Positions 17,904 to 27,313 of a DNA stretch of 64,000 bases are shown here, in pieces. Made by a program: the position numbers and the translations under genes. The notes beneath the pieces were generated by a model, which did not search any database, was not told the DNA's origin, and worked only from the letters and a program-made list of their open reading frames with translations. Positions within the stretch are counted from its first letter, which is position 1; the number at the start of each line of letters is the position of its first letter. The DNA is from an uncultured virus (IMG/VR IMGVR_UViG_3300008120_000036) (Duplodnaviria; Heunggongvirae; Uroviricota; Caudoviricetes), in IMG/VR virus record IMGVR_UViG_3300008120_000036, one strand, 5' to 3'.

Positions 17904-20203
17904 TACCTACGCTCCTTACGGTCACGCTCTGCTTCAATAATGCCCTTGCGTACTGCACGGACAACATCAAACTCTTGTGCTTGATTGACGGTGATATTTC
18001 CGATACTTACAGATAGCGCACCAGAATCTTGTTTATTTCTATTTGTAGGTATTGACTTAGTTCCTGATGCTAGAGCCATCATTGCCTTATGGTTTTTATC
18101 GCCAGCACTAGTAATTGCGCCAAGTAAGTGATTAGGAATAATAGTACCGCTAGATTTGAAATCTAGGATTTCAGGACCACTCTTACCTACTATAGACATT
18201 GAACCGTTATTACGGAGGAATGCTTCTGGTCCTAATTCACCGACCATGTATCTACGCCCTGCTAATACAGGACCGCCTGCGAACCTCTGTTCTGTCTTTT
18301 TATTATCATTTCCGAATCCAAGTTTATCTTTAAGCCAGTTACCTGCGCCTTTAATACCTTCCCATAATTTTGTAAATATTTGTGTTCTTTTGTTAATATA
18401 GCCAAGTACCATAAATATAGTTGAGAGCCAACCAATAATAGGTACAAACTTTAATCCAATCTTTCCTATGAACCCAAACAACTTACCCATTTTAGATGCT
18501 GGTCCTGCAATTCTAGACAATGCTCCAAATACCTTAGCAATAATTCCACCAACAAATCTAAGCGGTGCAATTACAAATCTAGTTAGTAGAAAACCTATTG
18601 CTTTAAGTTTAAGTCCTAAAATTCCAAATAATAATACTGCGCCAATTACTTTCTTTATTGGAGCAGGTAAGTAACTGAACATTTCTCCTATAAATGCAAG
18701 ACCCTTACCTATAATAGAAAGAGCATCACCAAGAACATCAAACAAACCTGTTCCTTCACCAAATTTTGCCAAGCCTGCTAAAAGTTTTGAAAATGATGAA
18801 AGAAAACCACTTTGATTTACTGCTTTAATAAATTTTTCTAGAGCAGGTAATAATTCTAATCTTATTGTTTTAACAGTATCCTGAAATGATGGGTCAAGAC
18901 CAAGGCGCATAATAGTTTTGAGTAAGTCACGGAATAAGTATCCAATTTCATAAACTACAGGTTTAATATCTGTAAAGAATTTCTTTAACTTCTTTTGACC
19001 TTCTGCACTATTAGCAAAGGCATTAAACTTTTCAGCAGCCTTCATAAATGAGTTACCCATATCTTTAGCAAGACCCATAGATGCTTTGCCTACCCCGATT
19101 AAGCCACCACCAACTAATTTGAAATAACGATATACATTCTTAGCAACTTTAAGTGCAGTATTAAAAAATTCAGTGAGAGAGCCTTTATTCTTTTCTGTAT
19201 ATTTTGCAGTATTTTCAAAAAACTTAGCAATTGAATCAGATAAATCAATTAACATTGGTCCTGCTGCATCAAGGAGGTTTACTAGTGACTTAATAATTCC
19301 TAGTCCAGCGCGACCAAAGTTCCCTAGAATTTTATTATTATTATCAAAGATACGACCAATAGCCTCTTGTGCATCAGTAGTCTTTAAGTATTCTTCAAGT
19401 CCAGCAGTGAATTGATTAATTACATCAATTCCACCACGCATTCCTTTAGCAAAGATATCAAAGTAAGTTCCTTGGAATAACTCAACTAATTTGGTAAATC
19501 CAGGTAATACGCCTTCTTGAATCTCACTCTTTAACTTCATCATTTGTGGTCGTAATGCAGCCACAGAACGAGCAAACTTTTGTCCTTCAGGACCAAGACG
19601 ACCAAGAGTTTTTGCTAAGTCTTCTGCGCTAATTCCAGGTGTGAGTAAGTCCATGATTGCATCACGCAAGCCATGTGTAGCAAATTTAGCAAGACCCATA
19701 CCTTGTGCAAATGCTGCGAGATATCCAGGATAAGCAACTAATAATCCTGATAGTGGTGCTAATCCTGCAATTGCAGCAGTGGCAGCAGCACCGAGTCCAA
19801 CTAATGCAGTTGCTAAGAATCCAACCAAGTCAGTAAGTAAAAATATAATGCTTGTTAATGCTAAACGGCGAAATGCACGACCTACACGAATGAAGCGGTT
19901 CATACCTCCGCCCCCACCACCAGCACGCTTTAGTACGCGGTCAAATATTCCAACCTTTACCGCAGCACCAACAGCCTCATCACCAACATCATCAATTGCT
20001 CTTCCAGCAACTTTTGTTTGTGCTGCTGTCTTACCAGCAGTACGACCAGTCTTTTTTAACTTACGGTCAAAGTTATCAAGTTTTGCACCAGAAGTAGTAG
20101 ATGAGTCACCAATTTCGTCAAGTGCTTTTGAAACAAGTTTGGCTGTTTTGGTAAGTGCATCACGCAACGAAACAAGAATCTCAATGCGTTCTTGTTCTGC
20201 CAT
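17903..20203 (-). CDS. Tape measure protein
   Basis: 766 aa, helical with hydrophobic segments; RFAGGPV...YMVGELGPE motif; position. Confidence 0.88.
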   Translation of the reverse strand: MAEQERIEILVSLRDALTKTAKLVSKALDEIGDSSTTSGAKLDNFDRKLKKTGRTAGKTAAQTKVAGRAIDDVGDEAVGAAVKVGIFDRVLKRAGGGGGGMNRFIRVGRAFRRLALTSIIFLLTDLVGFLATALVGLGAAATAAIAGLAPLSGLLVAYPGYLAAFAQGMGLAKFATHGLRDAIMDLLTPGISAEDLAKTLGRLGPEGQKFARSVAALRPQMMKLKSEIQEGVLPGFTKLVELFQGTYFDIFAKGMRGGIDVINQFTAGLEEYLKTTDAQEAIGRIFDNNNKILGNFGRAGLGIIKSLVNLLDAAGPMLIDLSDSIAKFFENTAKYTEKNKGSLTEFFNTALKVAKNVYRYFKLVGGGLIGVGKASMGLAKDMGNSFMKAAEKFNAFANSAEGQKKLKKFFTDIKPVVYEIGYLFRDLLKTIMRLGLDPSFQDTVKTIRLELLPALEKFIKAVNQSGFLSSFSKLLAGLAKFGEGTGLFDVLGDALSIIGKGLAFIGEMFSYLPAPIKKVIGAVLLFGILGLKLKAIGFLLTRFVIAPLRFVGGIIAKVFGALSRIAGPASKMGKLFGFIGKIGLKFVPIIGWLSTIFMVLGYINKRTQIFTKLWEGIKGAGNWLKDKLGFGNDNKKTEQRFAGGPVLAGRRYMVGELGPEAFLRNNGSMSIVGKSGPEILDFKSSGTIIPNHLLGAITSAGDKNHKAMMALASGTKSIPTNRNKQDSGALSVSIGNITVNQAQEFDVVRAVRKGIIEAERDRKERR

Positions 20204-20214
20204 TTGCTACCTAC

Positions 20215-20403
20215 CTAACCACTTTTCATTTTCTTGGAAGCCTCTTTTTCATCATTAACGATTATATTATGTGCTGCTTGACGAATCATCCAGTCAAACT
20301 GGTCTGCATTGAGTACAGATACAGGGTCTATCCTAAATGTTCTAGCAATTCGTGCTGCCGACTGTACTCGTACATCACGCTCTAATCCATCTAGGATTAC
20401 TAA
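20215..20403 (-). CDS. Tail assembly chaperone, -1 frameshift extension (gpGT-like)
   Basis: 63-codon -1 frame LVILDGLERDVRVQSAARIARTFRIDPV...KMKSG* begins at the slippery site C CCT TTT (20409-20403) and ends just before the TMP start. Confidence 0.8.
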   Translation of the reverse strand, partial: LVILDGLERDVRVQSAARIARTFRIDPVSVLNADQFDWMIRQAAHNIIVNDEKEASKKMKSG

Positions 20404-20906
20404 AAAGGGTCGTTATCTATATCCGATTCATCAGCATCATATCCAGCAGCCACAAAGATTCTCTCTGCGGTTTGGAGTATATGACCATCCACACCATACA
20501 TTGTACGCACTGCATCCACTGCACGGTCTGTGCCAAGCATCTCTAATAGTTCCGTGTTCTTGAAATTAATATATTCGCCATTATTGCCTACTGCTTCTTT
20601 GCCCTTATGGACAACAACCTCAGCCTGATTTGCAATTACGATACAAGCAAATTTAACTGGGTCAAACCCATCTGGCATTGATTTATCTGATGAACGCTTA
20701 CGCCACTGTTGTACAAGTCCAGCCTCAATATTGGTATCAAAGCGGATAGCAGTATCTTCACGCGAAATTACTTTTAGCGTTACTGGTTCATTTTTGACTT
20801 TTTTCTTTAACTCTTCACGAAGAGCAGACATGATATTAGGTGTTTTTGTTATTTCTTCTTCTGTTGAACTGATATCTGGGTCAACAGCATTGATTGTACG
20901 AGCCAT
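20400..20906 (-). CDS. Tail assembly chaperone (gpG-like)
   Basis: Between tube and TMP; ends ...NDPF on a slippery heptamer. Confidence 0.8.
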   Translation of the reverse strand: MARTINAVDPDISSTEEEITKTPNIMSALREELKKKVKNEPVTLKVISREDTAIRFDTNIEAGLVQQWRKRSSDKSMPDGFDPVKFACIVIANQAEVVVHKGKEAVGNNGEYINFKNTELLEMLGTDRAVDAVRTMYGVDGHILQTAERIFVAAGYDADESDIDNDPF

Positions 20907-20936
20907 TATTCTCCTAGTTTGTTATTGGTGTTAAAT

Positions 20937-20983
20937 ACCCAAGAAGCATACTACTCACAGAAGTGAGCAGTACGCAACTGGGA
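20937..20983 (-). terminator. Hairpin after the tail tube gene
   Basis: GCGTACTGCTCAC-TTCT-GTGAGTAGTATGC stem. Confidence 0.55.
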
Positions 20984-21001
20984 ACGCTTTAATTTAAGAA
21001 A

Positions 21002-21409
21002 TTAGGCTACGGTCTTGCAAGCAAACTCTAGTTCGTAGGTAGCCATGTCGCCACTGTTGGCATCATATTCAGGCTCTGCAATACGAACTAATACAGCATC
21101 TGCGTAAACAATTGGGCTTCCAATTGCAACCAAGTCACGGTCAGTTGGCTGAACAGTGATTGTCTTACGCTCTGTTCCAACCTTTGCACGAAGTTGTGCA
21201 AGTACTGAAGCATCACGGTCTGGGTCATAGTTACGAGATACAGTCAGATTATCAACATCAGATGGTGATGTGATAATTTCTGGAGTCTTTGCTCCACCTT
21301 CAAATACCTTAGTAGATTCACTAGAAACTTCTCCACCAGATTTGGTCATGAAGTAACCATTAATACCACTAATAGATACTAGAAACTGTCGTTGTGCGCT
21401 TAGTGCCAT
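21002..21409 (-). CDS. Tail tube protein
   Basis: 135 aa directly after the sheath; SGGEVSSE...EGG...DNLTVSR pattern. Confidence 0.8.
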   Translation of the reverse strand: MALSAQRQFLVSISGINGYFMTKSGGEVSSESTKVFEGGAKTPEIITSPSDVDNLTVSRNYDPDRDASVLAQLRAKVGTERKTITVQPTDRDLVAIGSPIVYADAVLVRIAEPEYDANSGDMATYELEFACKTVA

Positions 21410-21426
21410 TTTGTCTTATCTCCTTT

Positions 21427-22845
21427 TTATAGTCCAGCCAGCAAGCCGACTTTGACGATTGTTACGGAAATTAATGCTGCTGATGGTGAGATACGAACAG
21501 ACAAGCGAGCCTTAACTTCGTTATTTGCCAAGTTGTCTAGTGTATTAACTGTAGTTCCAGTTTCAACTAGATATCCTGGGTCAACGAGGTTTCCATCTGC
21601 ATCAAACTTCTCAAACAGACCGCCAGCCTGACGATATGGTTCAACGATACCAACGATAGTGCCATTGATTGATGAGAGCAGTTGTCCACGACCATCTACA
21701 GTCTGGAATACAAATTGCTCTAAACGCTTTTCTGATTCTGTTACCAAACGGTTAAGTAGGTCACGACCAGTTAGCAATGCATAGTTAGCAGTGTCATCAG
21801 ACAGTGAACGCCATCCGTAGTTACGGACAGAGTTGTTAATGATACGAATTGCATTTACCTTATTTGCATCAAGGTTATCGCCTTCAGTGCGTGTGTATTC
21901 AAACTTCAAACCAGTTACGAATCTAGCAACTGCAATTCCTCCTGCTGCTGCACGGAAAGGTCCTGCTTCAACATGAGCACGATTACGAATCGCTGCAATG
22001 TATCCGACAGGTGGAATGTAGCGTGAACCGCTTACTGTGCTGATTTGTACCCAAGGGGCAAACAAACCTGCATACTCGCTGTTTACTGCATCTGCTGCTG
22101 TAATCAAGTTAGCAGTTGTTGCAGTTTCGCTGTGGTCAAGAAGAGCGATACGGCGATTTGCTGATGCGTGTGCAATTAGTCCTGCATGAACTGTTGTTCC
22201 AATTCCAGGAATTGCTACTGCTCCATCACCTAGATTGATTGTGAATTTTTCCAATGCATCTGTGTAATGTGTTGCAGTGATATTGCTACGGTCATCAGTT
22301 CCACCAGTTAGTGAGAATGTACCGTTAGCAGGAAGTGGGTTCACTGATGCTGAACCTGAACTTGTAATTGTTACCCAACGAGAACCTGCTGCTGACTCTA
22401 GGATTTCAGCAATAGTTGTTCCAGTGAAAGTTTCTTTTGTTTCGCCATCATAAACAATAGCGATTGATTTAGTGGTTGTTCCAGTTACGACAACATCAAT
22501 ATCTGCACCCCATGCACCAGCGTTTTCTGCTGTGACAACAAGAGTGTCAGCAGAAGATGCATCATCTAGGGTTACAGTTGCTTTAGTTGCAGAAGGACCA
22601 ACAACACGAACTGCATAGCACTTAGAGCCACCTTCTTCAAAGAAGGTTTTAACTGTGTCAGATAAATGGCTGTAAGTTACTCTGTTGCCAAAATATTCTT
22701 CAAAATCGGCAAAGCCAAGTAGCAGAGTTGCTTCGGTTGTTGAACCACGCTCTGCTTGTCCAGCCACAAAAAATTGACCAGAGGGGGCTGTTACAACGGC
22801 TGTCGGACCAGTGCGCGTTGCCGTAGTTACATTTACACCAGGCAT
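21427..22845 (-). CDS. Tail sheath protein
   Basis: MPGVNV, GQAERG, FFEEGGSKCYAVRV, GAWG, PPVG, VNAIR, YGWRSL motifs. Confidence 0.92.
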   Translation of the reverse strand: MPGVNVTTATRTGPTAVVTAPSGQFFVAGQAERGSTTEATLLLGFADFEEYFGNRVTYSHLSDTVKTFFEEGGSKCYAVRVVGPSATKATVTLDDASSADTLVVTAENAGAWGADIDVVVTGTTTKSIAIVYDGETKETFTGTTIAEILESAAGSRWVTITSSGSASVNPLPANGTFSLTGGTDDRSNITATHYTDALEKFTINLGDGAVAIPGIGTTVHAGLIAHASANRRIALLDHSETATTANLITAADAVNSEYAGLFAPWVQISTVSGSRYIPPVGYIAAIRNRAHVEAGPFRAAAGGIAVARFVTGLKFEYTRTEGDNLDANKVNAIRIINNSVRNYGWRSLSDDTANYALLTGRDLLNRLVTESEKRLEQFVFQTVDGRGQLLSSINGTIVGIVEPYRQAGGLFEKFDADGNLVDPGYLVETGTTVNTLDNLANNEVKARLSVRISPSAALISVTIVKVGLLAGL

Positions 22846-22849
22846 TAGG

Positions 22850-23128
22850 TTACTCCTTTGTGGTTACTGAGCGTTTTTTAATTCTCTTCATAGTATCCCC
22901 TGTTTCTTCGTCAGAATCAGTTGACACTACGAGAGTTTCCTGAACTTCTTCAGCAGGTTTTGATTCTACAGTCTTAGGTTCTGTTTTTGTACCTACTACC
23001 TTAACCAACTTAGCATCTAGCAGTTCCTGAAATTCTTCGGTTGTACCCTCTGCCCATTCGCATCCGCCAATAGTTTTTCCATTGCCATAAATCAAAGGTG
23101 TGGACTGTGGATTGTAAACTTTAATCAT
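22850..23128 (-). CDS. Hypothetical protein (neck/tail region)
   Basis: Tightly packed ORF in the operon. Confidence 0.55.
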   Translation of the reverse strand: MIKVYNPQSTPLIYGNGKTIGGCEWAEGTTEEFQELLDAKLVKVVGTKTEPKTVESKPAEEVQETLVVSTDSDEETGDTMKRIKKRSVTTKE

Positions 23129-23766
23129 CCCTCGTCAACCTCTCCTTCATACGGCGTAAACTCTTGACCTGGACCGACAAGCACTACAGGGTCAATGCTA
23201 ATGTTATCAGCATCTCCTAGAATATTACGGCTCAACGACTCGTCAACTTGTAGGTCAAAATTGTGGATTACGCCAGCCACGAACCTATCGCCCTTTACAG
23301 GGGTAATTTCTGAGTATTCTTCCGATAAGGTGTCTTCATCCCATAAAACCGTCAGATTGTTAATTGTTGGGGATAGCAAAATGGCAGCACGGACTATTGC
23401 AGCCATATCATCTCTTAAACGAATGGTCTGGTTATATTCTGGCTTCAAGGTCTGTTCAGCACCGTCTAATGGAGTTCTAACCCAAGTAAATAACCTAATT
23501 GTGTAGTTAGTTAAATACTTTTCAGACATTGTTAAATCATAATCAACACGATTGAAATTACCAGCCGAAGTTACATTAATTCCAATAAGAGGATATCTGT
23601 CTAAGGCATATGGTTCATATTCACGATATGAAACTGGATATGGAAGTTCGTATTCATCCACACCCCAATCATCACGCGCTCTATCAATAATTGTTGGAAT
23701 TTTATCTTCTAAATATTGTGCAATTGCTTCACGAACATAGGTTGCACCACGCATAATCGTAGTCAT
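23125..23766 (-). CDS. Putative tail terminator/completion protein
   Basis: Position between the morphogenesis gene and the sheath; YPLIGI motif. Confidence 0.55.
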   Translation of the reverse strand: MTTIMRGATYVREAIAQYLEDKIPTIIDRARDDWGVDEYELPYPVSYREYEPYALDRYPLIGINVTSAGNFNRVDYDLTMSEKYLTNYTIRLFTWVRTPLDGAEQTLKPEYNQTIRLRDDMAAIVRAAILLSPTINNLTVLWDEDTLSEEYSEITPVKGDRFVAGVIHNFDLQVDESLSRNILGDADNISIDPVVLVGPGQEFTPYEGEVDEG

Positions 23767-24239
23767 GAAATCAACCTCTTAACTTGTGTTTTTCTTCCCA
23801 TTAAATAATCTGCAACAATTTCATTAATAGATTTTGTCATTTTTCTACTAACTTTCATTACTGGTCTTGCAGGCATCTTACTTGTGCCTTCATGGTGATA
23901 TTGTGCATATTTAATTTTAGTTCCATATTTTGCAGAACTCTTTAAGTATTGTTCAATATTCATAGGTCTAGAAACATATGAACGCTTCAAGCGACCAGTG
24001 CGAACTAGAGTACCTTGATTATAGCCAGATTTAATCTTCCACTGTAAATAATTTGGCTTTAATGGCTTCCATGCTTTTCCACCATAAGAACCATTTGTAG
24101 AAAATACTTTACGGTTGTAAAGAGATAAATAAGAACCTATAGTCCTAAATACTGGCTTTGGATTATTTAATCTTCTTTCAATCATCTTTACCTTACCCTT
24201 AACAGATTTAAGGGCTTTGGCATCAATACGCATACTCAT
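23763..24239 (-). CDS. Virion morphogenesis / tail completion protein (Mu gpG-like)
   Basis: WKPLKP...LVRTGRL...GTKIKYAQYHHEGTSKMPARP. Confidence 0.85.
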   Translation of the reverse strand: MSMRIDAKALKSVKGKVKMIERRLNNPKPVFRTIGSYLSLYNRKVFSTNGSYGGKAWKPLKPNYLQWKIKSGYNQGTLVRTGRLKRSYVSRPMNIEQYLKSSAKYGTKIKYAQYHHEGTSKMPARPVMKVSRKMTKSINEIVADYLMGRKTQVKRLIS

Positions 24240-24838
24240 CTGTAAACCGTTCTACGGCGAAGTCTGTCTAGCGGTGCTAGGTCTTCAGGTGTCCAGCCTT
24301 TCCGAATAGATTCAGCATTAGCAGGCTCTCTTGCAAAGTCATCTTTAATAGATAGAACATCATCATGATTAAAAGTCATTTCGCGTGATGCAACACGAAG
24401 AATTGCTAACTTAACTGAGTCAGCATAAGGGTGTGCAATTCCACCTGCTAAATATTCAATTATGTACCAAGTCCAAGGGCGACCAATAAAGAATCCACCA
24501 GGAACAATATTATTTTGAAGTGGTTGCATATCTACAACTCGTTCTGCACTTGTAACTTGTAAAACAGCAGGTGTTAGCGCAGTAACTGTCGCTTGTGAAA
24601 AATTAAGTGCTTGTGCAGTAAGAATTCTTTGAATAGGACTATAACTTAATACTGCTTCTCCAGTGTGGTCAGTACGAACTTTTTCGCGTACTTGTATTTG
24701 TTCTAGTGGGCGATTTAGATAAGCCTCTAACTGTTGTTGGGTAGCATCAAGTATCAATTGTGCAGAAGCCTGTTGATTCATAGTTAGGCTTATGTCACTC
24801 ATGTATTCAATTAGGTCATCTACAGTTACTAGTGCCAT
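24236..24838 (-). CDS. Head-tail connector/adaptor
   Basis: MALVTVDDL...LEAYLNR...IEYLAG...LDRLRR; follows the capsid gene. Confidence 0.75.
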   Translation of the reverse strand: MALVTVDDLIEYMSDISLTMNQQASAQLILDATQQQLEAYLNRPLEQIQVREKVRTDHTGEAVLSYSPIQRILTAQALNFSQATVTALTPAVLQVTSAERVVDMQPLQNNIVPGGFFIGRPWTWYIIEYLAGGIAHPYADSVKLAILRVASREMTFNHDDVLSIKDDFAREPANAESIRKGWTPEDLAPLDRLRRRTVYR

Positions 24839-24844
24839 TCGGTT

Positions 24845-25300
24845 TTACCCCAATTTTTGTGCAGAATGTTTTGGTACTAATGAGCCTTTAGGAAATAACA
24901 GGATATAAGAAGAACGCTTTGAATTACGCGGTAACACTTCACGGTACACATCTTCAGATACACGGATAGCAGTACCGAGGTCATCTCCAGGAACTACAAC
25001 CTCTTCACCTAAGCGAATAATGTGTCCGTTAGGCTCTGATTCCTTAAAAGGAGAGCGTGGGTTCTTAATAGCCTTTGTTTCATGGGTTTTAGGCTTTACA
25101 GGCTTTTCTTCACTAATAACGCGCTGCGTTACTATTGCCTCTTCAACAAGTACTTCAGGTTCAGCAAATTCTATAGTTGTATCAGTTGTATTTTCTTCTT
25201 CAATAAATGAAATTGAATCGTTAGCAATAACCTCTTCAGCAACTTTTTTAGAACGCTTCTTTTTATTAGTTGGCTGGTGGGAATGGGTGTTGGTTGTCAC
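24845..25300 (-). CDS. Hypothetical protein
   Basis: Start re-called to GTG 25300, which has an AGGAGG RBS (track gives 25345). Confidence 0.55.
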   Translation of the reverse strand: MTTNTHSHQPTNKKKRSKKVAEEVIANDSISFIEEENTTDTTIEFAEPEVLVEEAIVTQRVISEEKPVKPKTHETKAIKNPRSPFKESEPNGHIIRLGEEVVVPGDDLGTAIRVSEDVYREVLPRNSKRSSYILLFPKGSLVPKHSAQKLG

Positions 25301-25504
25301 GATATCCTCCTGGAACTTCAAAGCAGGCATAACCTGGTGAATCATCTATTGGGCATCTATTGTAACTCGTATCCCAAACATATTCTGATGCAGTGTTAGG
25401 ATAATTAATAGAGGTGATGCCAGTCGTTACTGTAACTACATACAATTCCGACATAGCATCACCCCTATTAGTTTACTTCTTATTACCTTCTTTCAAAGGT
25501 TAAA

Positions 25505-26776
25505 TCACTCAGAGTACCAAGTACCCTTTACGAATGATTCTGGTCGCTTAACTGCAAGAGCAATACGCTGTTCAGCGAGAATTGCTACTGCGTTGCGAAT
25601 GAAGAAGTCAGAGTGCTGTTCTGCAATACGAACATTAGCAATCTGGCGGTCATAAATCTGTGCGCCAAGACCGAATGCTCCAGCAAGGAATGTACCTTCT
25701 GCAATTGCAGGTGTTTCAACAACAGGCAAACGCCAGATACGAGTATCTGCGCCGACTGCAACATTGACTGCCAACATATATTGACCGTCTTCACCACGCT
25801 GCAACTCTGTGTTCTCCCAGTCATTTGGATGAATTACATATCCAGTTGGCTGGTAGTTAGCAAGGATTACCTTGGTTGCTGCACGGCGTAGTGCATCTGA
25901 GTTTACTTCTGATGATGCTTGGGTGTAGGTCTGGATATTTGCAGTCTGGAGAATACCAGTCAATCCATCTCCACCAGCACCGTTAAGGATTTGGTTATCT
26001 TCTTCAAGACGAAGACCATATAGCAACTCGTTGTCAATTACTGACTGAAGTTGTGGAACATCATCTAGAACATTGCGGTGTGCTGCTTCATAGTGAGCAA
26101 TTGTGCGAACTGGTGCTTGTGCTGATTCAAATACTAGATTTGACTTTGCCTTTGCAACGAATGCGCCTGATGCGTACTCGCCAACTGGTGCTGCGTTTCC
26201 GTTTTCGCCACCTGCTGCATATCCAGTAACTCGGAAGAAATCAATCAAGTTTGCTGAAGTTGCTGCAACTGGGAATAGGTCACGAACGCGTGTTGGGCGT
26301 TGACCGCGTGGTACTAGTGGGTCAAATTGAATTGTTCCCATTGTACGAGTATATGATGCTGAACCGTTTGCTGAGTAAACATCCTTTTGACCATATCCTG
26401 CAACATCAAATGCATTGATTTCAAAAGGTGCATCCATAGTTAGACGACCAGACTTAACAAGATTCTTAAACTCTTGTGAGTTTGTGAATGCTTGACCAAG
26501 TGAAGTTGTCATAGCCTTTGGTGCTGCATCTAGTGCAACACTGTTATCTACTGGCTCAGTCATCCAAGCCTTTACTTCTCCTGAGAACTTTTCAGCCTCA
26601 ATCAAAGATTTAATTTCATTTGCTTCGCCCATCAAAGAACGAATTGAAGTTGCAACATCTGCTGAAATTTCAACATTTGTTCCTTCAACCTTAACGCCTT
26701 TGCTTGTTGCTTCGTCAATCTTTGCAACGCGCTCGGCTAGGGCAGTTTTGAGTTCTGTAACTCTTGCCTTATCCAT
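25505..26776 (-). CDS. Major capsid protein (HK97 fold with delta domain)
   Basis: RVRDLFP, RTIAH, LQSVIDNELLYGL..EEDNQILNG, IHPNDW, RIWRLPVV, AVKRPESFV; GGAGG RBS favours ATG 26776. Confidence 0.95.
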   Translation of the reverse strand: MDKARVTELKTALAERVAKIDEATSKGVKVEGTNVEISADVATSIRSLMGEANEIKSLIEAEKFSGEVKAWMTEPVDNSVALDAAPKAMTTSLGQAFTNSQEFKNLVKSGRLTMDAPFEINAFDVAGYGQKDVYSANGSASYTRTMGTIQFDPLVPRGQRPTRVRDLFPVAATSANLIDFFRVTGYAAGGENGNAAPVGEYASGAFVAKAKSNLVFESAQAPVRTIAHYEAAHRNVLDDVPQLQSVIDNELLYGLRLEEDNQILNGAGGDGLTGILQTANIQTYTQASSEVNSDALRRAATKVILANYQPTGYVIHPNDWENTELQRGEDGQYMLAVNVAVGADTRIWRLPVVETPAIAEGTFLAGAFGLGAQIYDRQIANVRIAEQHSDFFIRNAVAILAEQRIALAVKRPESFVKGTWYSE

Positions 26777-26883
26777 TAGTGGACCTCCGTTGTCCAATTT
26801 TCGGTTAACTAGTTTCTGAAAACAGACTACGCCCAGTCAACACCGAACGAACCGTCTGGCTCTATTTTCGCTTATAGATTGAA

Positions 26884-27309
26884 TTAATCTAAAACGACAC
26901 GCAGGGATTTGATTTCCTCTTGCAAAGATTCAAATTCTGCCAATTCCATTGTGATTGTTTCTTCTACAGACTTTTCGCCATCCATCCATTTTTCTGGAAT
27001 CATGTCTTCAAGTCCGAGTTCTTTAGCACGCTTCATAATATGTTTCTTTGCTTTTTCTTTATCCTTAGCGCGACCATATGCTTGGATAGCATTTTCTAAA
27101 TCTGCTTTATCTTTGATTGGATAAGAGCCATCTGGAAGAGCCATACCTTCCTTAGCCATTTCCATACGCGTTTCTTCAGAATACATACGCTTTTCGTCTT
27201 CGTACATACCTTTTTCGTCAGTCATATCTTCGTTCATATATCCACCTTTGGAATCAGAGCCAGCAATCTTCATAGCACGCTCTTTACATTTATCTAATCC
27301 ATTATGCAT
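26884..27309 (-). CDS. Head-associated/scaffold-like protein
   Basis: AKEGMALPDGSYPI..DLENAIQAYGRAK domain flanked by acidic, Met-rich E-K linkers. Confidence 0.55.
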   Translation of the reverse strand: MHNGLDKCKERAMKIAGSDSKGGYMNEDMTDEKGMYEDEKRMYSEETRMEMAKEGMALPDGSYPIKDKADLENAIQAYGRAKDKEKAKKHIMKRAKELGLEDMIPEKWMDGEKSVEETITMELAEFESLQEEIKSLRVVLD

Positions 27310-27313
27310 GATA

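Noticed and set aside
25266..25454. 62-aa ORF after the capsid gene
   Set aside because: Could be real, but it overlaps the next gene's start and has no recognisable features; not enough support
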